Shown: piece after piece, positions 12,861-24,310 of the stretch
How positions within the stretch are numbered: position 1 is the stretch's first letter
Layout of the letters: every line of letters begins with the position of its first letter
Assembly: GCA_013265495.1 (NCBI GenBank)
Contig: MU058584.1
Span: 5,462,508 to 5,526,507, forward strand
DNA length: 64,000 nt
Direction of reading: 5' to 3'
DNA from: Vicugna vicugna
Lineage: Eukaryota
Program-made: the position numbers and the translations under genes
The notes under the pieces: generated by a model
What the model saw: the letters and a program-made list of their open reading frames with translations, nothing else
Told to the model about the DNA's origin: nothing
The model's database searches: none

Positions 12861-13784
12861 TACATTTAAAAAATGATTCATCTCACTAGTTGCAGAACAG
12901 AGATGTCTTCAGTTTTAGTGTGTGCCTGATTTCACTCAAGAGGAATGGTTCTGAGGTACATTTGGGGCCTGGAGAGAGAAGCCAGGAAGACTCACGCCAA
13001 GTAACATCAGGCATTTGTATTTCATAGGAAGGAAGCAAGTGAACTGCTTCTACCAAAGTAACCAGAAAAACGAGTCCTACTTGGACACTTTAATACGGCA
13101 ATCAAAGTTGGAAGTGCACATAATTGCCTAGATTAGTGCATTCTCTATTTGGGGAAGCAAAGGAAATCAACAACGGACTCTGCAAGGAGCATGGGTTTCT
13201 TGGCTGCCTGATAAGCCTGGGGAACGCAAGCCGGTTGCTGATTGATAATTTGATTGCTGTTGATCATTCTGAATGGCCCACTTTGGAATTCCATCAAAAA
13301 AGGGAAGGAAAATTTTTATAAAATTTATAGTACGTATATGCACAATTTTTTACTTGAATTTACCAGGAAAACCGCCTCTGCTCCTCAAAGCTAGATGTCC
13401 CAAGAGCAAACATTAGAAAAAGACTGGATGACTCAGATGATTGAAAATGTGATATAAAGGCCTTTGCTTTTAAGCCTAAATCTGGTGAAGCCAGAAGTAG
13501 AAGGTATTCATATTTAATCTCATCTGTCTGGTATCTATTACAGTGAGTAAGCTGAAGTCCATTTCTACTGATCAGATAGAAAAATTTGGGGAAAAAACAA
13601 AAAAGACACCCCACACCTTCAATTATTTATAGAAATCGACTTAATTCTATGTTCACTTCTCAGTATGGTTCTCATATTATAGACAAATGAAGACTTCAAC
13701 ACAGTTTAAATCTTTTGTCCTTTTTTAAAACAAATAGCATCATTGACAGACATCTGTTGAAAGTCTGCCAGCAATGTGGCATTT

Positions 13785-13936
13785 GAAGGTTGTCTGCAGA
13801 CCAGCTGCATCACGTCGCCTGAGACTGTCATAAATGCAGAATTTCAGGCTTCATCCTACACTGACTACACCACAACCTACAGTTCATCAAGATCCCAAGG
13901 GGTTTCTTATGTACGTCAAAGTTGGAGAAGTACTGT
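13785..13936. mobile_element. MER5-type hAT MITE
   Basis: gaccagctgcatca...aaatgcagaatttcaggc...aaagttggagaagtactg. Confidence 0.65.
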
Positions 13937-14288
13937 TTCAGCATTTGGGGGGTACTGGAGATAATGAAAAGGTATAACACAGGTTCTCTAATTGGAATCT
14001 AGACCAGGAGGTGAGGCTCATTCATAACAGAAAACCATACAAGGAACGTATGCCAAGTGCCAGATAAGATAGACAATGAGTGAGAGGGGAGTTCAAGGGC
14101 AGGCAAAACGTCACTCAGAGATGGGGCAGTTTCTGGTATCTTAAAGGAAAAATGGTACTTGTAAAAGACAGAAGAAGTGACTAAGGTAGACTCAACCCTT
14201 CTTTGGATAAATTTACCCTCAAGCACTTTTGTAACTATGAACTAACTAGAGCTCTGAGGAGTGAGCAGGGTCAGGAGAGAAACAGATA

Positions 14289-14570
14289 GCAGGCATTTGG
14301 TCTTGTTCAAAACGTCCCCAAGACATTTGCTTCATAAGACATTTGGCCCATGTCAAAAGGACCTTGAAATCTGGTCCTATCCAAAATGTCCATGAGCATA
14401 TTTGGTTCGTGCCAAATGGTTTTGGACAGGACCAGGTAAGGCCCTTTTCGCATGGACCAAATGCCTTGTGGATATTTTGGACAGGACCAAACGGTCCTGC
14501 AAATATCAAGGAACTTTTTGGTATGAACCAAATGTCTCATGGATATTTCAGACATGACCAAATGTTCTGC
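14289..14570. repeat. Unclassified ~280-bp palindromic element made of ~29-nt subrepeats
   Basis: Left arm GCAGGCATTTGGTCTTGTTCAAAACGTCCCCAAGACATTTGCTTCATA aligns to the reverse complement of the right arm, GCAGAACATTTGGTCATGTCTGAAATATCCATGAGACATTTGGTTCATA. TTTGGT/ACCAAA motifs recur throughout. Confidence 0.85.
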
Positions 14571-16203
14571 AAGGAGAGAAACTATTTAGTCTGAACGACT
14601 TACAGCAACTTGAAAATAGAATACCAATCAGGTAGCAAAGCTTCAGAAGATAATGGAGTAAGGAGTCTTGAGAGATCACATTGGTTTATTCTGAAGTATA
14701 CAGCCTTCTGTGAGTGAGAACAAGTGTTTAATCCATATATATTTTACTTTTTACAATAAAGGTGTTAAATTTAGGTTTTGCTTAAAATATAGGGTAACCT
14801 CTTTTTGAAGCATTACTAAATCTATTGCAAAGTACAAAATTCTTTTATAATATAGTCAATTCCTAGATTATATTATTGTGAGTTAATTTTTCATTATATT
14901 TTAATTAAGCACATTAAAAAAGATCATCCCTCTACTTACCACAGAGAAGCAGTGATTATTGTTTTGCTATCTAGTGTCACCAATAAAAAATCAATATACA
15001 GAAGTGAAAGGGTGGCACTTATCTGCAATATTTTTTTAAGCACCCCCAAAGTCCCTCTCTTTGGCCTTGCAAGTGGTAGGACTGTATCACTGAGATATAA
15101 ATAAAATGCCTTACTAACAACATCCTGAGAACACCATGGCTCAGTGCTATTCATGCCAACTGTAACTGATCCTGGGCTCAAACTTGGCACTGATGTCAGT
15201 AGCTTTTACTTATTGAGAGACTGGAAAGGTGGCAGGCTCTTACGCGTCCAAAAATGATAATTTCCCACGGACTCAGGAAGGTTGAAAAATATTTTCCTTC
15301 CATCTCAACACAAAGCCTACTGTCTTTAACTAATACCACTAGTAGCTGACATTTGAAACTGACAAGCAGCACATGTGCATTAGGGAGATAAGACCTGGCA
15401 CATGTTGCTGCAGCCTCCTGGGATTTTAGAATGCTCGCAGCTCCAGCTGGTGGCTGTGCCCCATCCCCAGCATGACTGCTCTGGGGAAACTCTAGCCCCT
15501 CCTTCTGACTGTGATGGGGATGTGTCGGATTGGAATATGGTTCTTTTTGAAGACATTCAAAATAAGTGATCTCCTCTGTGAATAAAAAGAAAATGGAAAG
15601 GAAAAGAGGTAAGATGTGAATGTTAAGCTAAGAGATCTTAATGGAAACCTGGTAGAAAACAGTCAATGCAGTCAAAAGGAGATAAAAGAATCATTAGGGA
15701 GAAATATTTTCTGAAATAAAAAGGAAAATAAATGGGAGGGAAACAAGGAACTGAAAAGGAAAACTCCTCAGGAAAATACTGTGTTGAACCAATAATACTA
15801 TATTTGAATAAAGCTTTGTTTTAATTGCCCTGGAAAAATATTACAAAATATTGTTTTATTTCAGTAGTTTAATGTCTGTTTCTCTCTTATCAGGTCACAT
15901 CGTTTCATCTTTTCATAATCACAGAGAGCCTTATTATATTTGATAAGTTTTTGAGCCAAGTGTTGTTTGACACCAGAGCAAAAGAAATCCAAAACAACAG
16001 TTATTCCGAAATGTAAAAATTTTCTAGTGTGTATTTTGTGCTTTTGTTGAGCTAATTGTATTAAACCCCTTATAGCCATTCATGAAAAATTATATTCTTT
16101 AGCCAGGATATTGTATTAAGCAGGCATTGCTAATTATTTTCACAATTTGTTTTTCTTTTATAAAAATGTCATGCAAGCTTATCATTTTAAAATGTAGAAA
16201 ATA

Positions 16204-16788
16204 CAGTCAATCCTCATTACCCGTGCATTCAATATGCAAATTCACTTGCTCACTAAAGTTTACCTGTAGCCCCAAATTAATACTTGGAGCACTTTTATGG
16301 CTATTTGTGGACACACACACAGTGGCAAAAATTTGGATCAACTCGTTAACAAAAATTCCCAGTTGAGGCTGAGCAAAGCAATACTGTGCCTTCTTGTTTT
16401 AGCTCTCATCTCATACTATAGGCAAGTATTCTTTCTGCAGTCTATTTTTTTGCATTTTTGAGCTTTTTGTTGGTGATCTCACTGTTTAAAATGGCCTCCA
16501 AGCATCACGTTTAAGTTCTGTGTGTAAGCATCATTTGAGAATGAGTTATGGTGGTGCTGGCTGTGAGCTCAATGTTACTGAATCAGCAATATATATTAAA
16601 TAAGGTATCATTAAAAAGGAAAACATAAAACAAGGTTATGCATTGACCACTTGACAAAAAATGTGTCCAGAAGCTTATGGAAACCTAAGCCTAGATTTCC
16701 CTTTCCAAGCAGTATTTCAGTATTCATTAATTCAGCGTTCATGGTGACTTTACAGAACGTAACTACTGTGAATAACAAGAATTGACTG
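16204..16788. mobile_element. MER82 Tigger-family element
   Basis: TIRs ta|cagtcaatcctcatta ... aataacaagaattgactg|tg. Internal gttgaggctgagcaaagcaatactgtgccttcttgttt matches MER82. Confidence 0.85.
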
Positions 16789-16834
16789 TGTAAGTACGAG
16801 AAAAAGTCTTAATCACAGTACTACAACCTAGACT

Positions 16835-17030
16835 GCCTTTTCCACCACATGGTTGCCAATGGTGGATTTTATCTATCATTTTATGTCCTGTCAAACTCAC
16901 TGGTTTAAGAAAATTCTATCACTGTGTTTTAATATGCACTTCTCTGATTAATAAGCCTAAGCACATGTTATGCGAAATAGGCATCTTTCCTGTGGATTGT
17001 TCCTCATTTTTTTTATTCTTCTTTTGTCTT
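16835..17030 (-). mobile_element. Old L1 fragment
   Basis: tatcactgtgttttaatatgcacttctctgattaata is a degraded reverse copy of the L1 ORF2 IREMQIK motif. Confidence 0.55.
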
Positions 17031-18334
17031 CCTCAAGCATAGAATTATAACCAACTAATCTTTAAATATATCTAATGTTAAAGGAAAGAAGGGAATGAGT
17101 ACTGACAAAATTCCCCTGGTCTTTAGCTAGCTGATTGTCCAAAGAGACTCCGATGACTGTTTAGACCTGGCAAAAAGACACCCATCCTGGTCAGACAGAG
17201 GTCCAAATTAAACTGATTCAGTAGTTTGCCAGTAGAATTGTCTCATAAAAATGACAAAATCTTCTTGAAAAAAAAAAACATACATACCCAAACAGTGGAA
17301 ACTCAACTCATCTCCAGTAACAGACTGTCCAGATGACCCAATGCTATCCATCCATTCCACTTGTCTTAACACACACTGATCGGTGGTATGTGCACACTGA
17401 TGTCTACGGCAGCAAGCTACTTTCTGGTAGTGTATCTCTTGAGGATCTGTGACAGTAGTCCTACTTGTCTGCTGAGAATTTCAAAAGTGAACTATGAGGT
17501 AAAAGAACCTTAGTCCTCATCAGCTTTTGAAAGCTGTGAGATGAACCAAGCATAGAGAATTTTGGTGGAAAAGTGCTCTTCAAGATGAAACTTAGGAAAT
17601 ATGCTAGAAGCAAGTGATCTGAAGAGAAGCTTATATGTGGGGATAAAATTAAACTGGGAAGATGCCCTAGAAAAAAGCTTCAATATTGTTCTTCATCATT
17701 ATTCCTTTTAAAAAGATTGGTGGCTCCTTTCCTAAAGTGTGCTGAGCCTGAGCCTGGGGAAGAACGGGACAGCCTGGTTTGAGAACATGGCTACAGAACC
17801 TGCAGTGGTTCCTCCAAGTCCCTTAGGCTCCTCTATTCATTTGGAAAAACCTCATGCTTTTAAATGATTTTTTGCCATTTCAAAAAATAGTAATAGGTCC
17901 AAGTTATCTTAAGAACATCTAAGAGGCTTTGACTAGGAAAGAAGACCACAGGGCATCAGATATGGCTTGCTTCTTAGGATTAATTTATTTGAAGAGAAAT
18001 TAAGACGCCTTCCTAAACTTTCTCCAGGACCATGTTAACATACAGAGGTGGTATTTATTTTGTTATATAAAGAAGTGATAGGATTGATGTCAAACTGGAA
18101 CACAGAAAGAGATGACTCATTTTTTTCAAAGTTGTTGAATATCTTGTCACCTTACTTTGAGCTTTAGAGTGGGAAGCAAGTTAGTTCTAAAGGTAGTAGG
18201 CTAAGGCGTTAACCCAAAGATGACAGTACTGACCAGTGCCCTGGGATATCTACGTAAAGAACCATGGTGCTTATAGCCTGTAATCATTGTCACCACCACC
18301 AGCACCTTGCTAATTAATTATTGGAAACAGAATT

Positions 18335-18530
18335 AGGAATAAGGGACTTAGGTGGGAGAGGCATATTACAGTTAAATAGGATGGTGAGGGTAGGTTTCAT
18401 TGAGAAGGTTCCATTTGAGAAGAGACTTGAAGAAGGTGGGAGTTAGATATGTGGCTATCTGGCTGAACAGCATTCTGGGCAGAGAAAACCACCAGTATAA
18501 AGGCCTCAGCGTAGGAGCACCCCAATCCAG
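18335..18530 (-). mobile_element. L2 fragment
   Basis: ttaaataggatggtgagggtaggtttcattgagaaggt...catttgagaagagacttgaag...agcattctgggcagag...aaaggcct. Confidence 0.7.
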
Positions 18531-18884
18531 GGGTCATTTGCTTGGCCTAGAGACTTCCCTCGTACCACGTTAATCATATCATAGGAGGAACACCCAGCCA
18601 TTTGTCACAGATAATTTTGTTTGTTTAAAGATCAGTATAAAATAACTAAAAATAACAAAACTCCCCAAGTCAGTGTGGTTTGATACTGACCAGGATTATC
18701 AGCAGACGGGAGGCCAGTTTGATTGATTTACCAAAATTTCAAAAACCTGGCCATGGATCCACTAATGCAATTACATTCATTAAAGAAACATATGAGAGGA
18801 TTTAATCCGATAAAGTTTCTTGCCATCACGGAACCAGAGGTATTACGTTTGTGGGTCCTTCCCTAAGAGAAACCTACTTAATAT

Positions 18885-19065
18885 CGCAGGCTTTGGAATT
18901 GGAGTCAAATCTGTGAGTTCAAGCCTGTCACCTAAATGTGTGACCTTAGGTCACACACTGACATACTCTCAAGACTTCAGTTTCCTCATCGGTACACTGG
19001 AATAAATCACAATGATCTCACAGGATTGCCAGAAGGATTAAATGATATAATGTTTTTTAGCACAG
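18885..19065 (+). mobile_element. MIR SINE
   Basis: caggctttgga...tgtgtgaccttagg...cttcagtttcctcatc...aggattaaatgatataatg. Confidence 0.8.
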
Positions 19066-19663
19066 GGATTGCAAACACAAATGCTTAAGAAACAATGGAT
19101 ATTATTGATCACTACCTGTCCCCTTTAGAATGTCACATCTGTTTAAATGGCTTGCTCACTTAAAGATTTTAAATATAGCAAAACTGATAGATTTCAGATC
19201 TTCTTAACAAAGGAACTAGACTTATATATGGTATGAAGAAAAAATACTTACAGTAACTGAAGCAGCCTGCTAGTACTTGTACTATTCCTGCTCCCAAGAA
19301 GAAATTTTATTTTCTGAGTCTTTTCATTTACTTAGGTGAATCAGCAAAGAAAGAAATGGAGAATCGATTCAAAGTAACTTACAAAACCTTCAAGCTACTT
19401 AAGGGTCAACTACAAGAAATGCAAATGAAAATGATATAAAAGACACAAAAATGGTTAAAAGCTATAAATATAAAAATTAAGTTATGAAATAGTAATAAAA
19501 TAGCAGCCCAAAGTAAGCTGAAAACAATATACAGCTAAAAATACTTACATAATTTTTAAAAAAACAAAACAAAACCCTAGAAGGCTTAAAAGATAAAGTA
19601 GTAACAAATTCCTCGGATTTAAAAAATTCCTTAGACTACAGGAACAAAGCAAGTTCTCTATAT

Positions 19664-19870
19664 CGGTGGAGTCTAACAGAACTTTCTGAGACAAAAGAAA
19701 TGTTCTGTCTGTTCTATCCAATACGGTAGTCCTTAGCCACATGTGGTCATTAAGCACGTGAAATGTGGTAGCGACTGAGGAATTAAAATTTTAACTTTAT
19801 CTACTTGTAATTAATTTAAATGTAAATAGCTACATGTGGCTAGTTGTTGGTACTGTACTGGACAACACAC
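19664..19870. mobile_element. MER3 hAT-Charlie MITE
   Basis: tctaacagaactttctg...tccaatacggtagtccttagccacatgtggtcattaagcacgtgaaatgtgg...aatagctacatgtggctag...tactggacaac. Confidence 0.85.
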
Positions 19871-20891
19871 CGTAGACACAAGTAGCTCCCACAGCCTGTG
19901 TTCAGGGCTGAGAGGAGACCCCTTCCTCTACTGCAGCCCTTTATTAACTGTGGCCCCTGGCGTATCTCTAACTTACAAGCAAGAAGAAGCTGGATAGCTC
20001 CACAAACATGAGGTTGAAATGATTTTCCTTCTTCCAGTCTTTGACTCAGCTAGATGAGGGAAAAGTTTTCTGCGTGTACTCTACACGATACAATGTGGAC
20101 TCTAACCTTTTAACAGAAGAAAACTATGTAAAAATGACTCAGTCTTATGTCTAGCACTCCCATCACTCTTTCTGCCCTTTTACCCCAAGTTCACTGAAAG
20201 AGCAGTTCTAACCCCTGAGGGGTTAATGACGCTTCTGTGTGCTTTCACAGTGCCATACAGTGACTATCTTAGCCATTCATACTTTTAAAATGTCTGGTTT
20301 ATTTGTTGCTTCCCCAACCCGCACAGAAAACTGCTTGAGAGCAGATGCTGTCTTTCTCATGAGTGGATTCCTAATGTACACTCCAATGCATCTTAAATAA
20401 TAATATTTGTTGTATGAATAAACTGAATATATCACGTTTGTTCAAAATCTTTCATTCATCCCTCAACACATTTACAGCCTAGCTTTTGTCCTCATTATTT
20501 CACTGAAATTACTTTGACCATTTCCATCAGGCTTCCAATTATGCTAAGCTGGACACTTTTCAAACCCTACTCTCTCTCTTCACTCCAAAGTCAGTTTGTA
20601 CCAAAATGGAATTCCGCATTTCCTCTCAAATTGGTTTCTCCTCCTGTATCCCCTAGTTTAATTAATGGCATTACTTACCACTTATTATCCAAGCTACCTA
20701 AGATAAAAATTTTTTAAAGAGCTGGGAGTCATCCCTGATACTTCTCCTTATGCCCACACTCAGCTGATCACCAAGAACTGCAGATTCTATAACCTTCCTT
20801 AACATCTTTTTAATCTGCTCTCTCTTCTCAATCTACCCTCCCACTACCTTAGTTTAGCCTTTCATCACTTCTTATCCACATGTTTATATGA

Positions 20892-21228
20892 TGTAAAAAA
20901 TAAATAAATAAAATAAATGGAAACCTCAATTAAATAAATAGGAGACCAGAAGAGGGAGCTCTCATGCCCTGTGAAGATAGCAGAGCCCAAAAGGAAGAAA
21001 GACTCCTTTTCTGGCCAGTATTCAGTCAATGAAAAGCCATGGACTCTGTTTACCATGGCCCTCCCAAGCTTCCTTTTCCTCTCTATAAAAGTGTTCTTTT
21101 CCCTTTGCCTCATGGGGACTAGCACATAGCTCACCAAAGTTGCAGTCTCCAAATTACAATTCTCTGATCCTGAATAAATCCATCTTTACTAGAGAACTAT
21201 CTGGCAGTCTGTTTGTTTCAGGTCAACA
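20892..21228 (+). mobile_element. ERV1-class solo LTR inserted in an L2 remnant
   Basis: TGT...ACA ends, TATAAAA at 21084-21090, AATAAA at 21173-21178, imperfect 4-bp TSD atga/agga. L2-like sequence continues on both sides (about 20570-20880 and 21230-21450). Confidence 0.75.
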
Positions 21229-21690
21229 AGGACCTTCTCTTTGCTTCTAATCAAGCTGCCCTATGACCAGTCCTCCAGATGATCATCATATTAACTTCTC
21301 TAAAATGCAAAAATGGCCACTTAATTGCCTTGCTGAAAACTCACTAACCCCACCCCACTTCCCACCCTTCAACCTTTGGAATTAATCCCAACTCTTTAGC
21401 ACAATTTATAAACCCTTTTCTAATCTGGCCCTTGCCTACCCTTCACTGCATGGTCCAGTGAAACATGCAGTAAGAATTTCCAATAAAACAGATTAAAAAT
21501 ATTCCGGCCAAAGATTTAGGCTAATTCTCTCTAGAGTACCTGACAGAAATATGCACAAAGGAATTCAAACTAAGCATTATAATACTTTATTGCTTGTATT
21601 ATTTACCTAGTGTAGCACTCCAATAATTTCAGCTAGACTATGGGGGAAGGCTCTATATTCATAAGTAAGGTCTGCTGGAACAGCCTAGAT

Positions 21691-21820
21691 CTGCACGGTC
21701 CAGTATGGTAGCCACTAGCTACATGTGGCTATTAAGTAGTTGATATGTGGTTAGTTCAAATTGAGATGTGCTCTAAGTATAAGATGAATGCAAGATTTCA
21801 AAGACTTAGTTAAAAAGAGT
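21691..21820. mobile_element. Partial MER33-type hAT MITE
   Basis: ctgcacggtccagtatggtagccactagctacatgtggctattaag...aattgagatgtgct...gatttcaaagacttagt. Confidence 0.8.
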
Positions 21821-21999
21821 AAGTGTAGTTTCTCTCCCAGGATCCAGACTTTTCTGAGGGAAGTAACAGTGAAGGCAGATGGGAGGAGCATTGATCTCCC
21901 ATAAGAAGCCAGCTCAAACCATGCTCTGTCACACTACTGTGCTAAACAGAACCTCTCCTTTGACTAGGCAAATGTTACTATCTTAAATTATGGCGCCAG

Positions 22000-22300
22000 C
22001 CATCATTTCCTTAGGGAAGCCTTTCCTGAATAACCTCTTCTTTGGGCCCCCATCCCACGTCCTCTCTACCCAACACTGACTGAGTTATATACTCAATGTA
22101 TGTCCTTAGCATCCTGTAGTTTTCTCTAAGATAGGCTTTAGCATATCTGGTTGAAACTTGTCTGACTCTCCCATTAGACTGAGAGCTCCTTGAGGGTCCT
22201 AACTGTGTAGAAAACATCTTTGAGTCCCCAAGAGATAAGCATGACATTGGATTCATGACAAGTCTTCAGTACATGCTTGGACTGCTGAATAAAGAATGAC
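22000..22300 (+). mobile_element. L2 3' fragment
   Basis: catcatttccttagggaagcctttcctga...ttagactgagagctccttgaggg...tgctgaataaagaatga. Confidence 0.75.
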
Positions 22301-22786
22301 AGGTGAAATGAACGAGGTAACATTTACTCTAAATCTCCCATTCTGAAACATGTTTCAATATCCACATGATGAAGCTACAGAAACTTGATGTAAGAAAGGT
22401 CAGGAAGATCTTCTGAGATAGTTTTTTCCTTATTTTCCCATCATTTTGATTGTCATTCTTTATGAAAGATTTTCATAAGTCATCAACTTTAAGCACTTAC
22501 TTGCATTTCAGTTCCAAACTCTACATTTAACTTTCAATTCCATTTGTTGCTTTAGGAAATGGGCCTCTACTTAATATCCCTACCTGTAAATAAATTCCGG
22601 TGAAAGGGTAACTTATAAAGCAAATAAAGTTGATTTTAAACACTGACTAATTCCTAGCTTTAAAATTGAAGCTAACTATCTGTCTCTAAAGGTGGGTGGA
22701 AGCAGTTTAATTGTACTTCTCAACTTTTATACAACATTCATTTAAAAATTCTTTTTAAATGAATATGAATAGTTAAATCTTAGTTC

Positions 22787-23239
22787 CATTTATACAATGG
22801 AATACTACTCAGCCATAAAAAAGAATGAAATAATGCAATTTGCAGCAACATGGATGGACCTAGAGATTTCATACTAAGTAAATCAGACAGAGACAAATAT
22901 CATATGATAGCACTTACATGTGGAATCTAAGAAAATGACACAAATGAACTTAACAAAACAGAAAGAGACTCATAGACTTGGAAAACAAACTTATGCTTAC
23001 TTAAGGGGAAGGAGGGGGGATAAATCAGGAGTTTGGGATTAGCAGATACAAACCACTATTTACAGAATAGATAAACAACAAGGTCTTACTGTATAGCATG
23101 GGGAACTATACTCAATACCTTGAAATAGCCTATAATGAAAGAGAATATGAAAAAGAATGTATATATAACTGAATCCCTATGCTGCACACCAGATACTAAC
23201 AACACTGTAGATCAACTATACTTCAATTTAAAAAAAAAA
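22787..23239 (+). mobile_element. 5'-truncated L1 3' end (artiodactyl-type)
   Basis: tacaatggaatactactcagccataaaaaagaatgaaa...gcaacatggatggacctagag...caactatacttcaatttaaaaaaaaaa. Confidence 0.92.
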
Positions 23240-23979
23240 GTTCAGGATCCTGAGATTCAAGGGGAGAATCATTCCCAAATGAGCCCCAACTCTTCATTTA
23301 AAAGTTCATTCACTTGCAGATTTTATAATAAAATAAAAACTATTATTCTTATTATAAAAGTAATATAAGCACTTTAAAGAAAATTTATAAAAATATAGGA
23401 CAGTAGAGTTTAACATTATCATAATCTTACCACCCAAAGATAGCCACTGTTAACAGTTTATATGTTCAATTAGTACCAAATTTTAAAATCCCTGTGGTAC
23501 AACTTTGCATAATGCAATAAGGGGCTCATAAACAACTAAAGCTTAAAAAATACATAGTGGAGTAACTCCTACTATGCTTAATGATGCAAGACTTGGGACC
23601 CTGAAAGAGCTTCCAAATTAAGCTCCCATAGATTATGTGCTCCTTTAGGAAAGATGCCTTTTTCTTATCATCTTTATTATGACCAAGTTATGGGACCAAG
23701 CAATGAGCCCATGTTATACTATACTATAATAAATCATGTTATTTACTATAGTATAATACTATAATAAATAGTATTATTTACTCCATAAATGTTCATTGAA
23801 TTAATATCTACAAAGAAAGGGAATCAGCAAGTTTTTATTGTCAGGACTCTTCCTTCTATGATTACTTACCTGCTCACTCCCCAACTCCTCCCCAATGATC
23901 TCATCTGTGTCATTCACAGCCCTGTGCTTTAGCTACGGTAATAATAAAGAACTTGCTACAGACCAAAAGTGATGCTGTA

Positions 23980-24310
23980 ATGCACCCATAAGTTTAATCA
24001 TATCATTTCCCATCTTACTCACTTAGCTAAGTTCACTTACTCATTCCTCACAATTCAGCTCAGACGTAATATTCTTCAGGAAGTCTCCGCTGACCCCATT
24101 ATCCATCCCCAGACTAAGCTAAGTGCTGTAATTCTGGGCTCCCACAGTACACAGTACAAACATTTCACACAATGCATTTGCCACAACACACAGAAATTAA
24201 CTATTTTTTGTGTCCACTCAAACTATAAGCTCTTTAAGACTTCTATCTTTATAGTCACAAATACCAGTGCAGATTCAATAAATATTTATTAAATGAATAA
24301 AAGAAAGAAC
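23980..24310 (+). mobile_element. L2 3' fragment
   Basis: ttcagctcagacgtaatattcttcaggaagtctccgctgacccc...actataagctc...ttcaataaatatttattaaatgaataa. Confidence 0.75.

Noticed and set aside
14289..14570. CRISPR-like appearance of ~29-nt repeats
   Set aside because: The units are contiguous without unique spacers, degenerate and inverted at the centre. The context is a mammalian intron with no cas genes.
14246..14594. Three overlapping ORFs with repetitive GP/WS peptides
   Set aside because: They are by-products of the palindromic subrepeat element, with no splice or promoter support.
14934..14990. Minus-strand GTG|gtaagt donor with a nearby AG, a ~31-nt micro-exon shape
   Set aside because: The acceptor has a poor pyrimidine tract and there is no coding similarity to NME7.
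20040..20145. Two AP-1 TGACTCA sites about 90 bp apart
   Set aside because: The 7-mer occurs repeatedly across the window, and there is no other support for an enhancer.
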